From assembly GCF_044324785.1 (NCBI RefSeq), contig NZ_CP172127.1: 64,000 nt of DNA; one strand, given 5' to 3'. Below are positions 31,001 to 40,950 of this stretch, piece by piece. The notes under the pieces are model-generated. The model was not told where the DNA came from, did no database searches, and was given only the letters and a program-made list of their open reading frames with translations. A program made the translations under genes and the position numbers. Every line of letters begins with the position of its first letter. Position 1 is the first letter of the stretch. The DNA comes from Escherichia coli (GTDB lineage Bacteria; Pseudomonadota; Gammaproteobacteria; Enterobacterales; Enterobacteriaceae).

Positions 31001-31796
31001 GCTTACGCAGTCGAACGTCAAAGGGGGTAACACAATGTGCGTGGTTTAATAATGGCTGAAAAGTAATGTGTATGCTTGTTCTGTGATAAGTGCAATCGAA
31101 CGAGATATATTGCATGGCAATAAACATATCCACGGCAAATTCTAGTCCGTAGACATAGACAATTTCATCCATGAGTTCAGGGCATTCGCCCCAGAATTTA
31201 CGCGAAACCAGACCAACCTGTACAGCCAACGCAGCAGGAGAAAGTGGACCATTAGCGAGAGCTTCATTGATATTCTGCTGCCAGTTAGCAGAACATGCAC
31301 TGAAATCGTATGTTGTTAATTTTCCTGATAGATTATGAATATCCTGACCTAAATTCATAAGGAGGCTGTCTTGTGGTTCGCTTACAGCATCCCCAGGAAA
31401 ACGTCGGGAAGGTAAGGCCTCCTGAGACTTTTTCTCCGATAGATGGATAGTGGAATCATCTGTAAGCCACGGGCATGGTGTCTCAGCAGGTTCAGCAACC
31501 ATACTTTGGTCAAATACGACAGTGGTTTCTGCCACGCCAGTTGTATCTACTTCGATCGTTTCTATTTTGATTGCGGGTTGGGATGGCGAAGATAATTCTT
31601 CCACATATCCCTTCTTCACCTTCTCCGCAATCAGCTTCAGTTCCGCTTTTTCCGCAGCCGCAGTATCAGCAAAGCTTTTTACCTGACTTTGCCCTTTGGT
31701 GCCAACTTTTCCCCAACTGATATGCAACTCGTTTCCCTGTTGCTCAACCGCCCAGAATTTATGTGATTTTTCGCCCTGAAAGATAAAGTGTCTCAT
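28047..31796 (-). CDS. molR: Large WGR-domain + DUF4132-type protein (1249 aa), intact
   Basis: N-terminal WGR-like motif (FQGEKSHKFWAVEQQGNELHISWGKVGTKGQ); C-terminal paralogy with yehI; continuous ORF. Confidence 0.8.
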   Translation of the reverse strand: MRHFIFQGEKSHKFWAVEQQGNELHISWGKVGTKGQSQVKSFADTAAAEKAELKLIAEKVKKGYVEELSSPSQPAIKIETIEVDTTGVAETTVVFDQSMVAEPAETPCPWLTDDSTIHLSEKKSQEALPSRRFPGDAVSEPQDSLLMNLGQDIHNLSGKLTTYDFSACSANWQQNINEALANGPLSPAALAVQVGLVSRKFWGECPELMDEIVYVYGLEFAVDMFIAMQYISFDCTYHRTSIHITFQPLLNHAHCVTPFDVRLRKHLALAEETLWQRCVDKFITALPDIPPVQQPMVALMLPERPEIAEEVARQLLKQKNVQTVEWLKLVVQESSLLKALESYCAYDLFNDYYHGCIWNVTVLQEQGIAGIARFAPYAYADLCGSILEEINHPQALMLLIRVSGKTKRCHERMTKACAAFPHAALAALAELLAQKEENSWRIMLMTMLISQPALAEQVTPWLSTPAVAVLKSCQQQLTQPSNHASADMLPAVLVSPPWLSKKKKSVMPVLDLTPLPLESCCTLTETAEKEIHARHRWHAHQIDIGQKEDIQNYLTRLGFNRWNNGHSMKASDAVVELWQRGDYSALISEFKTFWHSYQREWQLYMLAALPIEKTAQAWNVLSKEPHVGVEFVMTHLQLAGLQGFIHSFSRYPQEALPVAQYFAAIELAPLIARAFNKLKTLRQDARTWLLKYPEHAITGLLPSALGKAGEAQDNARAALRMLTENGHQLLLQEIARRYNQPEVTDAVNALLALDALDNHPTKIPTLPAFYQPSLWTRPVLKANAQSLPDNALLHLGEMLRFPLEEALYPGLLQVKDACTSDSLAEFAWDLFTAWLTAGAPSKESWAFIALGVLGNDDTARKLTPLIRAWPGESQHKRATVGLDILAAIGSDIALMQLNGIAQKLKFKALQERAKEKIADIAESRELTVAELEDRLAPNLGLDDNGSLLLDFGPRQFTVSFDETLKPFVRDASGSRLKDLPKPNKSDDESQANDAVNRYKLLKKDARTIAAQQVARLESAMCLRRRWSPENFQLFLVEHPLVRHLTRRLIWGVYSTENELLACFRVAEDNSYSTADDDLFTLPEGDISIGIPHVLEISPTDAAAFGQLFADYELLPPFRQLDRNSYALTEAERNASELTHWAGRKCPSGRVMGLANKGWIKGTPQDGGWIGWMIKPLGRWSLIMEIDEGFAVGMSPAELSAEQLLSKLWLWEGKAESYGWGSNSTQEAQFSVLDAITASELINDIEALFE

Positions 31797-31902
31797 TCTG
31801 CATCCCTGTAATTTTATCCAGTTGAATGCTGATGCTACCAGTATTTATGCGGGTTAGAGAGAGACAAAATCGCAAGAAAACAACTTTAGGAATTTATAAA
31901 GA

Positions 31903-31926
31903 AAAGGCGCTGTCGATGCAGCGCCT
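31903..31926 (-). terminator. Rho-independent terminator after metG
   Basis: aaggcgctgtcgatgcagcgcctt hairpin 10 nt below metG stop, followed on minus strand by T-rich tract. Confidence 0.6.
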
Positions 31927-31936
31927 TGAAGGGGGA

Positions 31937-33970
31937 TTATTTCACCTGATGACCCGGTTTAGCACCGGCATCCGGGCTTAGCAGGAAAATATCTTTCCCG
32001 CCAGGACCGGCAGCCATCACCATGCCTTCAGAGATACCGAAGCGCATTTTACGTGGTGCCAGGTTAGCCACCATAATGGTGTGACGACCAATCAGTGCCT
32101 GCGGATCCGGGTAGGCAGAACGAATGCCGGAGAAGACATTGCGTTTTTCACCGCCGAGATCCAGCGTCAGGCGCAGCAGTTTGTCAGAACCTTCAACAAA
32201 CTCTGCGTTTTCAATCAGCGCCACGCGCAGGTCAACTTTAGCAAAGTCGTCAAAGGTGATGGTTTCCTGAATCGGATCATCTGCCAGTGGGCCAGTAACT
32301 GGCGCGGCAGCTGCTTTCACTTCTTCTTTAGACGCTTCCACCAGTGCTTCAACCTGCTTCATATCGATGCGGTTATACAGCGCTTTGAACGGATTCACTT
32401 TGTGGCCCAGCAGCGGTTGCTGGATACCATCCCAGGTCAGTTCCGTATTGAGGAATGCTTCTGCGCGCTCGGTCAGTTTCGGCAGTACCGGCTTCAGGTA
32501 AGTCATCAGCACGCGGAACAGGTTGATGCCCATCGAGCAAATTGCCTGCAGGTCGGCATCGCAGCCTTCCTGTTTCGCCACCACCCACGGAGCCTGTTCA
32601 TCGACATAGCGGTTAGCCAGATCAGCCAGCGCCATGATTTCGCGGATCGCTTTACCAAATTCGCGGCTTTCCCATGCTTCACCAATCACTTCGGCGGCAT
32701 CAGTGAAGGTTTTGTACAGTTGAGGGTCAGCCAGTTCGCTTGCCAGCACGCCGTCAAAACGCTTGTTGATAAAGCCAGCGTTACGGGATGCCAGGTTAAC
32801 CACTTTATTCACGATATCGGCATTCACACGCTGAACGAAATCTTCCAGGTTGAGATCGATATCATCAATGCGCGAAGAGAGTTTCGCAGTGTAGTAGTAA
32901 CGCAGGCTGTCGGCGTCAAAATGATTCAGCCAGGTGCTGGCTTTAATAAAGGTACCGCGAGACTTAGACATCTTCGCGCCGTTCACCGTCACATAGCCAT
33001 GAACAAATAGGTTGGTCGGCTTGCGGAAGTTGCTGCCTTCCAGCATGGCAGGCCAGAACAGGCTGTGGAAGTAAACGATATCTTTACCGATGAAGTGGTA
33101 CAGCTCGGCGGTGGAATCTTTCTTCCAGTATTCATCGAAGCTGGTGGTGTCGCCGCGTTTGTCGCACAGATTCTTGAAGGAACCCATGTAGCCAATCGGC
33201 GCATCCAGCCAGACGTAGAAATATTTGCCCGGTGCGTTCGGAATTTCAAAACCGAAGTACGGCGCATCGCGGGAGATATCCCACTGTTGCAGGCCAGATT
33301 CAAACCACTCCTGCATTTTGTTTGCCACTTGCTCCTGCAACGCGCCGCTGCGGGTCCATGCCTGCAGCATTTCGCTGAAAGAGGGCAGATCAAAGAAGAA
33401 GTGTTCAGAATCACGCATTACCGGCGTAGCACCAGAAACCACCGATTTCGGCTCGATCAATTCAGTCGGGCTGTAGGTCGCGCCGCAGACTTCGCAGTTA
33501 TCGCCGTATTGATCCGGGGATTTACATTTCGGGCAGGTGCCTTTCACAAAACGGTCCGGCAGGAACATGCCTTTTTCCGGATCGTACAGCTGAGAAATAG
33601 TGCGGTTTTTAATAAAACCGTTTTCTTTCAGGCGAGAGTAGATAAGTTCTGACAACTGGCGGTTCTCTTCGCTGTGCGTCGAGTGATAGTTGTCATAGCT
33701 GATGTTAAAGCCTGCGAAATCAGTCTGATGCTCCTGACTCATTTCGCCAATCATCTGCTCCGGGGTGATACCAAGCTGCTGAGCTTTCAGCATGATCGGT
33801 GTACCGTGGGCATCGTCGGCGCAGATGAAGTTGACCTCGTGGCCGCGCATTCGCTGGTAACGGACCCAGACATCAGCCTGGATGTGCTCCAGCATATGGC
33901 CGAGGTGGATTGAGCCGTTAGCGTACGGCAGTGCGCACGTCACCAGAATTTTCTTCGCGACTTGAGTCAT
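31937..33970 (-). CDS. metG: Methionyl-tRNA synthetase
   Basis: 677 aa from [29 protein letters not shown] (HxGH class I motif), KMSKS present, zinc knuckle CPKC...CEVC. Confidence 0.95.
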   Translation of the reverse strand: MTQVAKKILVTCALPYANGSIHLGHMLEHIQADVWVRYQRMRGHEVNFICADDAHGTPIMLKAQQLGITPEQMIGEMSQEHQTDFAGFNISYDNYHSTHSEENRQLSELIYSRLKENGFIKNRTISQLYDPEKGMFLPDRFVKGTCPKCKSPDQYGDNCEVCGATYSPTELIEPKSVVSGATPVMRDSEHFFFDLPSFSEMLQAWTRSGALQEQVANKMQEWFESGLQQWDISRDAPYFGFEIPNAPGKYFYVWLDAPIGYMGSFKNLCDKRGDTTSFDEYWKKDSTAELYHFIGKDIVYFHSLFWPAMLEGSNFRKPTNLFVHGYVTVNGAKMSKSRGTFIKASTWLNHFDADSLRYYYTAKLSSRIDDIDLNLEDFVQRVNADIVNKVVNLASRNAGFINKRFDGVLASELADPQLYKTFTDAAEVIGEAWESREFGKAIREIMALADLANRYVDEQAPWVVAKQEGCDADLQAICSMGINLFRVLMTYLKPVLPKLTERAEAFLNTELTWDGIQQPLLGHKVNPFKALYNRIDMKQVEALVEASKEEVKAAAAPVTGPLADDPIQETITFDDFAKVDLRVALIENAEFVEGSDKLLRLTLDLGGEKRNVFSGIRSAYPDPQALIGRHTIMVANLAPRKMRFGISEGMVMAAGPGGKDIFLLSPDAGAKPGHQVK

Positions 33971-34101
33971 AGTAGGCATTACTTCTTAATAGTGAAAAGG
34001 GGTTAGATAGTACCAAATGGGAAAATGTTAAGTAAGTACTTCTCTATATTCTTCAGGTAAACTATCAGCTGATGGTTTATCTATACAAAAAAGGAGTCGG
34101 G

Positions 34102-35211
34102 ATGAACGAACAATCCCAGGCCAAATCACCAGAAGCCTTGCGCGCAATGGTCGCCGGGACACTGGCCAATTTTCAGCACCCAACCCTGAAGCATAACCTC
34201 ACCACGCTGAAAGCGTTGCACCATGTCGCCTGGATGGACGACACGTTGCATGTGGAACTGGTTATGCCATTCGTCTGGCATAGCGCTTTCGAAGAGTTAA
34301 AAGAGCAATGTAGCGCCGAACTGCTGCGCATCACCGGGGCGAAAGCTATCGACTGGAAACTGTCGCACAATATCGCCACCTTAAAACGCGTGAAGAATCA
34401 GCCGGGAATTAACGGCGTGAAGAACATCATTGCGGTCAGCTCCGGTAAAGGCGGCGTGGGTAAATCCTCCACGGCGGTAAACCTGGCGCTGGCACTGGCG
34501 GCGGAAGGGGCGAAAGTCGGCATTCTGGATGCCGATATCTACGGCCCATCAATCCCCACCATGCTGGGCGCAGAAAATCAGCGTCCAACTTCGCCGGACG
34601 GTACCCATATGGCACCGATTATGTCTCATGGACTGGCAACCAATTCAATTGGTTATCTGGTCACTGACGACAATGCGATGGTGTGGCGTGGTCCGATGGC
34701 GAGCAAGGCGTTAATGCAGATGTTGCAGGAAACCTTGTGGCCGGATCTCGACTATCTGGTGCTTGATATGCCGCCAGGTACCGGTGACATTCAATTGACA
34801 CTGGCACAAAACATTCCAGTAACTGGTGCGGTAGTGGTCACCACCCCACAAGACATTGCGTTGATCGATGCGAAAAAAGGCATTGTGATGTTCGAGAAAG
34901 TCGAGGTTCCGGTGCTCGGTATTGTCGAGAACATGAGTGTGCACATTTGCAGTAACTGTGGTCACCATGAACCAATTTTCGGTACCGGTGGTGCAGAGAA
35001 ACTGGCCGAGAAATACCACACGCAGTTGCTGGGGCAGATGCCGTTACACATCTCCTTACGTGAAGATCTCGATAAAGGCACGCCAACGGTTATCAGCCGT
35101 CCGGAGAGCGAATTTACCGCTATCTACCGCCAGCTGGCTGACCGCGTTGCAGCCCAGCTTTATTGGCAGGGAGAAGTCATTCCTGGCGAGATTTCCTTCC
35201 GCGCGGTCTGA
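34102..35211 (+). CDS. apbC: Mrp/NBP35-family Fe-S cluster carrier ATPase
   Basis: 369 aa from MNEQSQAKSPEAL...; P-loop GKGGVGKSS; CxxC (CSNCGHH). Confidence 0.9.
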   Translation: MNEQSQAKSPEALRAMVAGTLANFQHPTLKHNLTTLKALHHVAWMDDTLHVELVMPFVWHSAFEELKEQCSAELLRITGAKAIDWKLSHNIATLKRVKNQPGINGVKNIIAVSSGKGGVGKSSTAVNLALALAAEGAKVGILDADIYGPSIPTMLGAENQRPTSPDGTHMAPIMSHGLATNSIGYLVTDDNAMVWRGPMASKALMQMLQETLWPDLDYLVLDMPPGTGDIQLTLAQNIPVTGAVVVTTPQDIALIDAKKGIVMFEKVEVPVLGIVENMSVHICSNCGHHEPIFGTGGAEKLAEKYHTQLLGQMPLHISLREDLDKGTPTVISRPESEFTAIYRQLADRVAAQLYWQGEVIPGEISFRAV

Positions 35212-35240
35212 CGCGTATTAACCTTTTTGGTTGTTTTTCA

Positions 35241-35281
35241 TACACCGCAGAGATGTTACATTGATGCGGTGTATTTGTTTT
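35241..35281 (+). terminator. Rho-independent terminator after apbC
   Basis: acaccgca...tgcggtgt 8-bp stem followed by atttgttttt. Confidence 0.6.
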
Positions 35282-35473
35282 TGCCGCATTAATGAACACT
35301 TATTTAATGCTGCGAATATTCTGCGGACCTTCGTCCGAAACTCTATAAAGTCGATTGATCGTACAGGCAATGCTTCATTATCATCCTTCGTGGCTGTGTA
35401 GTGGATGTACAGCTATAGTTTGTTATGCACTCATTCTATCCAGGCATAACCTTTACTACAGGGATAACGTTCA

Positions 35474-35755
35474 ATGAATAAGTACTGGCTGTCAGGAATT
35501 ATTTTTCTTGCCTATGGAATGGCTTCTCCCGCGTTCTCTTCACAGACTGCCACATTAACGATTAATGGCAGGATCAGTCCCCCAACATGCAGTATGGCTA
35601 TGGTTAATGGTCAACCTCAACAGCATTGTGGTCAGTTAACGTATGATGTTGATACCCGTCATCAGGTTTCTTCGCCAGTCAAAGGTGTAACGACAGAAGT
35701 GGTTGTTGCAGGTAGCGATAGCAAACGTCGAATCGTGTTAAATCGCTACGATTAA
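35474..35755 (+). CDS. yehE: Small secreted protein of unknown function
   Basis: 93 aa with signal peptide (MNKYWLSGIIFLAYGMASPAFS). Confidence 0.7.
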   Translation: MNKYWLSGIIFLAYGMASPAFSSQTATLTINGRISPPTCSMAMVNGQPQQHCGQLTYDVDTRHQVSSPVKGVTTEVVVAGSDSKRRIVLNRYD

Positions 35756-36050
35756 TTTGCCACCCTGGTTTTTTAATCGGATTTAGAAAGCTGAAATCAT
35801 TCGTGTGAATGATTTCAGCTTTTTTATTGATAGCAATAATGCCATTTACAAAAATCTGCATTAATTAATAGATGTGATAAATATTTAATATGCTTAAGTA
35901 TTTGTTGTATTTATATTGCAATAGTTAATTTGTTTTAAATCAATAAAACAATATGTTTACATTGCGGCAACTTTTTTGATGTGAGAAATTTGTTTCCAAG
36001 AGATACAGACTCTTAACAACCAAAAAATAAATTTTATTAAGGAACATATT

Positions 36051-36593
36051 ATGAAACGTTCAATTATTGCTGCCGCTGTCTTTTCTTCTTTTTTTATGAG
36101 CGCCGGGGTATTTGCCGCAGACGTTGATACCGGAACATTAACCATTAAAGGAAATATTGCAGAATCTCCGTGTAAATTCGAAGCGGGTGGCGATTCAGTA
36201 AGTATTAATATGCCAACTGTACCAACCACTGTCTTTGAAGGTAAAGCTAAATACTCGACCTATGATGATGCAGTCGGTGTAACCAGCAGCATGTTAAAAA
36301 TTAGCTGTCCGAAAGAAGTTGCTGGTGTAAAACTCTCGTTGATTACCAACGATAAAATAACCGGAAACGATAAGGCGATAGCCAGTAGCAACGATACCGT
36401 GGGGTACTATCTCTATTTAGGTGATAACAGCGATGTCCTGGATGTTTCTGCACCTTTTAATATTGAGAGTTATAAAACAGCGGAAGGTCAATATGCTATT
36501 CCGTTTAAAGCAAAATACCTGAAGCTGACAGATAATTCAGTGCAATCAGGTGATGTGTTATCTTCTCTGGTTATGCGTGTGGCGCAGGATTAA
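36051..36593 (+). CDS. yehD: Fimbrial major subunit (chaperone-usher pilin)
   Basis: 180 aa, signal peptide, pilin-like Cys pair, C-terminal beta-strand; AAGGAA SD. Confidence 0.85.
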   Translation: MKRSIIAAAVFSSFFMSAGVFAADVDTGTLTIKGNIAESPCKFEAGGDSVSINMPTVPTTVFEGKAKYSTYDDAVGVTSSMLKISCPKEVAGVKLSLITNDKITGNDKAIASSNDTVGYYLYLGDNSDVLDVSAPFNIESYKTAEGQYAIPFKAKYLKLTDNSVQSGDVLSSLVMRVAQD

Positions 36594-36629
36594 TAAATAA
36601 AACTTCAAGTTTCTCCAGGTAATAAACAT

Positions 36630-36660
36630 GGCCGCTATCCCCATGGCGGCCTTTTAATTT
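36630..36660 (+). terminator. Intra-operon hairpin after pilin gene
   Basis: ggccgc-tatccccatg-gcggcc followed by ttttaattt. Confidence 0.55.
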
Positions 36661-36673
36661 AAGAGGCATTAAG

Positions 36674-37348
36674 ATGAAAGGATTATTTGCTTTACTCATT
36701 TCTTCTATGGTCCTTCCTGCACATGCCGGTATTGTTATCTACGGGACGCGTATTATTTACCCGGCAGAAAATAAAGAAGTGATGGTGCAGTTGATGAATC
36801 AGGGAAACCGTTCTTCGCTGCTGCAGGCGTGGATTGATGATGGTGATACGTCGTTACCACCAGAAAAAATTCAGGTTCCTTTCATGTTAACGCCACCAGT
36901 GGCAAAAATAGGGGCAAATTCCGGGCAGCAAGTAAAAATCAAAATTATGCCGAATAAACTGCCCACTAATAAAGAGAGCATTTTTTATCTGAATGTTCTG
37001 GATATTCCACCAAATAGTCCAGAGCAAGAGGGCAAGAATGCACTGAAATTTGCAATGCAAAACAGAATCAAATTGTTTTACCGGCCTGCGGGTATTGCAC
37101 CGGTAAATAAAGCGACATTTAAAAAATTACTGGTAAATCGCAGTGGCAATGGATTGGTGATAAAAAATGACTCAGCAAATTGGGTGACGATTTCGGATGT
37201 CAAAGCTAATAATGTCAAAGTCAATTATGAAACTATTATGATTGCCCCCTTAGAAAGTCAGAGTATTAATGTCAAAAGTAATAATGCGAATAACTGGTAT
37301 CTGACCATTATCGATGACCATGGCAACTATATTAGTGACAAAATTTAA
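36674..37348 (+). CDS. yehC: Periplasmic fimbrial chaperone (PapD-like)
   Basis: 224 aa; signal peptide; AAGAGG SD at 36661-36666. Confidence 0.85.
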   Translation: MKGLFALLISSMVLPAHAGIVIYGTRIIYPAENKEVMVQLMNQGNRSSLLQAWIDDGDTSLPPEKIQVPFMLTPPVAKIGANSGQQVKIKIMPNKLPTNKESIFYLNVLDIPPNSPEQEGKNALKFAMQNRIKLFYRPAGIAPVNKATFKKLLVNRSGNGLVIKNDSANWVTISDVKANNVKVNYETIMIAPLESQSINVKSNNANNWYLTIIDDHGNYISDKI

Positions 37349-37363
37349 TTGCAGGAGCTGCCT

Positions 37364-39844
37364 ATGTTGAGAATGACCCCACTTGCATCAGCAATCTTAG
37401 CGTTATTGCTCGGCATTGAAGCTTATGCAGCTGAAGAAACCTTTGATACCCATTTTATGATAGGTGGAATGAAAGACCAGCAGGTTGTAAATATTCGTCT
37501 TGATGATAATCAACCCTTGCCGGGGCAGTATGACATCGATATTTATGTCAATAAGCAATGGCGCGGGAAATATGAGATTATTGTTAAAGACAACCCGCAA
37601 GAAACATGTTTATCAAGGGAAATTATCAAGCGGTTAGGCATTAATACCGATAACTTTGCCAGCGGTAAGCAATGTTTAACATTTGAGCAACTTGTTCAGG
37701 GTGGGAGCTATACCTGGGATATCGGAGTTTTTCGTCTCGATTTCAGTGTCCCGCAGGCGTGGGTGGAAGAACTGGAAAGTGGCTATGTTCCACCGGAAAA
37801 CTGGGAGCGGGGTATTAATGCGTTTTATACCTCTTATTATGTGAGTCAGTATTACAGCGACTATAAAGCGTCGGGTAATAGCAAGAGTACATATGTACGT
37901 TTTAACAGCGGGTTAAACTTACTGGGGTGGCAACTGCATTCTGATGCCAGTTTCAGTAAAACAAATAGCAATCCAGGGGTGTGGAAAAGCAATACCCTGT
38001 ATCTGGAACGTGGATTTGCCCAACTTCTCGGCACGCTTCGCGTGGGTGATATGTACACATCAAGCGATATTTTTGATTCTGTTCGCTTCAGCGGTGTGCG
38101 GTTGTTTCGTGATATGCAGATGTTGCCTAACTCGAAACAAAATTTTACTCCACGGGTGCAGGGGATTGCTCAGAGTAACGCGCTGGTAACTATTGAACAG
38201 AATGGTTTTGTGGTTTATCAGAAAGAGGTTCCTCCTGGCCCGTTTGCGATTACAGATTTGCAGTTGGCCGGGGGGGGAGCGGATCTTGATGTCAGCGTGA
38301 AAGAGGCGGACGGTTCGGTAACCACCTATCTGGTGCCTTATGCAGCGGTGCCAAATATGCTGCAACCCGGCGTGTCGAAATATGATTTTGCGGCGGGTCG
38401 TAGCCATATTGAAGGGGCGAGCAAACAAAGTGATTTTGTTCAGGCGGGTTATCAGTATGGTTTTAATAACTTATTGACGCTGTATGGCGGATCGATGGTC
38501 GCGAATAATTATTACGCGTTCACTTTGGGGACTGGCTGGAATACACGCATTGGTGCCATTTCCGTCGATGCCACGAAGTCGCATAGTAAACAAGACAACG
38601 GCGATGTGTTTGACGGGCAAAGTTATCAAATTGCCTACAACAAATTTGTGAGCCAAACGTCGACGCGTTTTGGTCTGGCGGCCTGGCGTTATTCGTCGCG
38701 TGATTACCGGACATTTAATGATCACGTTTGGGCAAACAATAAAGATAATTATCGCCGTGATGAAAACGATGTCTATGACATTGCCGATTATTACCAGAAC
38801 GATTTTGGCCGTAAAAATAGCTTCTCTGCCAATATGAGCCAGTCATTGCCAGAAGGCTGGGGTTCTGTGTCCTTAAGTACGTTATGGCGAGATTACTGGG
38901 GGCGTAGCGGCAGCAGTAAGGATTATCAGTTGAGTTATTCCAACAACCTGCGACGGATAAGCTATACCCTCGCGGCAAGCCAGGCTTATGACGAGAATCA
39001 TCATGAAGAGAAACGTTTTAATATTTTTATATCGATTCCCTTTGATTGGGGGGATGACGTTACGACGCCTCGTCGGCAAATATATATGTCTAACTCAACG
39101 ACGTTTGATGATCAGGGGGTTGCCTCAAATAATACGGGATTATCGGGAACCGTTGGAAGCCGGGATCAATTTAACTATGGGGTCAACCTGAGTCATCAGC
39201 ATCAGGGAAATGAAACGACAGCTGGAGCGAATTTAACCTGGAACGCGCCGGTGGCAACGGTGAATGGCAGTTATAGTCAGTCGAGTACTTATCGACAGGC
39301 TGGAGCCAGTGTTTCAGGGGGCATTGTCGCTTGGTCGGGTGGCGTTAATCTGGCGAACCGTCTTTCCGAAACGTTTGCTGTGATGAATGCGCCAGGAATT
39401 AAAGATGCTTATGTCAATGGGCAAAAATATCGCACAACAAACCGTAATGGAGTGGTGGTATACGACGGAATGACACCTTATCGGGAAAATCACCTGATGC
39501 TGGATGTGTCGCAAAGCGATAGCGAAGCAGAATTACGTGGCAACCGGAAAATTGCCGCCCCTTATCGCGGCGCGGTTGTACTGGTTAATTTTGATACCGA
39601 TCAGCGCAAGCCCTGGTTTATAAAAGCATTAAGAACGGATGGGCAACCATTAACGTTTGGTTATGAAGTCAATGATATCCATGGTCATAATATTGGCGTT
39701 GTCGGCCAGGGAAGCCAGTTATTTATTCGCACCAATGAAGTACCGCCATCGGTTAATGTAGCAATTGATAAGCAACAAGGACTTTCATGCACAATCACCT
39801 TCGGTAAAGAGATTGATGAAAGTAGAAATTATATTTGCCAGTAA
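37364..39844 (+). CDS. yehB: Outer membrane fimbrial usher
   Basis: 826 aa from MLRMTPLASAILALLLGIEAYA; ATG at 37364 after GCAGGAG; track ORF starts at upstream TTG. Confidence 0.85.
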   Translation: MLRMTPLASAILALLLGIEAYAAEETFDTHFMIGGMKDQQVVNIRLDDNQPLPGQYDIDIYVNKQWRGKYEIIVKDNPQETCLSREIIKRLGINTDNFASGKQCLTFEQLVQGGSYTWDIGVFRLDFSVPQAWVEELESGYVPPENWERGINAFYTSYYVSQYYSDYKASGNSKSTYVRFNSGLNLLGWQLHSDASFSKTNSNPGVWKSNTLYLERGFAQLLGTLRVGDMYTSSDIFDSVRFSGVRLFRDMQMLPNSKQNFTPRVQGIAQSNALVTIEQNGFVVYQKEVPPGPFAITDLQLAGGGADLDVSVKEADGSVTTYLVPYAAVPNMLQPGVSKYDFAAGRSHIEGASKQSDFVQAGYQYGFNNLLTLYGGSMVANNYYAFTLGTGWNTRIGAISVDATKSHSKQDNGDVFDGQSYQIAYNKFVSQTSTRFGLAAWRYSSRDYRTFNDHVWANNKDNYRRDENDVYDIADYYQNDFGRKNSFSANMSQSLPEGWGSVSLSTLWRDYWGRSGSSKDYQLSYSNNLRRISYTLAASQAYDENHHEEKRFNIFISIPFDWGDDVTTPRRQIYMSNSTTFDDQGVASNNTGLSGTVGSRDQFNYGVNLSHQHQGNETTAGANLTWNAPVATVNGSYSQSSTYRQAGASVSGGIVAWSGGVNLANRLSETFAVMNAPGIKDAYVNGQKYRTTNRNGVVVYDGMTPYRENHLMLDVSQSDSEAELRGNRKIAAPYRGAVVLVNFDTDQRKPWFIKALRTDGQPLTFGYEVNDIHGHNIGVVGQGSQLFIRTNEVPPSVNVAIDKQQGLSCTITFGKEIDESRNYICQ

Positions 39845-39859
39845 TAGTCAGGTGGTTCT

Positions 39860-40894
39860 ATGAAAATTCGCATAATGCTATTTATATTAATGATGATGGT
39901 TATGCCTGTGAGCTATGCGGCATGTTATAGTGAGTTATCTGTTCAGCACAATTTGGTTGTTCAGGGGGATTTTGCACTTAGTCAAACACAAATAGCGACA
40001 TATGAGCATAATTTTAATGATTCGTCATGCGTGAGTACAAATACTATCACCCCTATGAGCCCATCGGATATTATTGTTGGACTTTATAACGATACCATTA
40101 AATTAAATTTACATTTTGAATGGACCAATAAAAACAACATCACGTTGTCAAATAATCAGACCAGTTTCACCAGTGGTTATTCGGTAACGGTGACACCTGC
40201 GGCCAGTAATGCAAAAGTGAATGTTTCTGCGGGGGGCGGCGGTTCAGTGATGATTAATGGTGTTGCGACATTATCCAGTGCTTCATCATCGACACGCGGG
40301 AGTGCTGCAATACAATTTTTACTGTGTTTATTCGGTGGCAAGTCATGGGATGCATGTGTAAATAGCTACAGAAATGCATTGGCACAAAATGCAGGTGTCT
40401 ATTCCTTTAATCTGACATTGTCATACAACCCGATAACCACAACCTGCAAACCGGACGATTTATTAATTACTTTAGAGAGTATTCCCGTTTCACAATTACC
40501 AGCCACAGGTAACAAAGCAACAATAAATAGTAACAAAGGGGATATTGTTCTGCGTTGTAAAAACTTATTAGGTCAACAAAATCAAACATCACGGAAAATG
40601 CAGGTGTATTTATCAAGTTCTGACTTGTTAAACAACAGCAACACGATACTTAAAGGTGCAAAAGATAATGGCGTAGGATTTGTTCTTGAAAGTAATGGTT
40701 CGTCAGTCACACTTTTAAATATCACTGACAGCAGTAAAGGATACACAAATTTAAAAGAAATTGCGGCGAAGTCAAAACTTACAGATACAACGGTTTCAAT
40801 TCCGATAACAGCCAGTTACTACGTCTACGATACAAACAAAGTTAAATCTGGCGCACTGGAGGCAACCGCATTAATCAACGTGAAATACGACTAA
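39860..40894 (+). CDS. yehA: Fimbrial tip adhesin-like subunit
   Basis: 344 aa, signal peptide, Ser/Thr/Asn-rich two-domain fimbrial-like protein. Confidence 0.8.
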   Translation: MKIRIMLFILMMMVMPVSYAACYSELSVQHNLVVQGDFALSQTQIATYEHNFNDSSCVSTNTITPMSPSDIIVGLYNDTIKLNLHFEWTNKNNITLSNNQTSFTSGYSVTVTPAASNAKVNVSAGGGGSVMINGVATLSSASSSTRGSAAIQFLLCLFGGKSWDACVNSYRNALAQNAGVYSFNLTLSYNPITTTCKPDDLLITLESIPVSQLPATGNKATINSNKGDIVLRCKNLLGQQNQTSRKMQVYLSSSDLLNNSNTILKGAKDNGVGFVLESNGSSVTLLNITDSSKGYTNLKEIAAKSKLTDTTVSIPITASYYVYDTNKVKSGALEATALINVKYD

Positions 40895-40950
40895 TAACAA
40901 GCAAGACGAGCAAGTGGCTAATAATAAAAAATAATAAGGTGTCTGCATTT

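Noticed and set aside
32081-33652. Antisense ORFs of 309 and 195 aa inside metG
   Set aside because: Within an essential, highly conserved gene on the other strand; no start-site support
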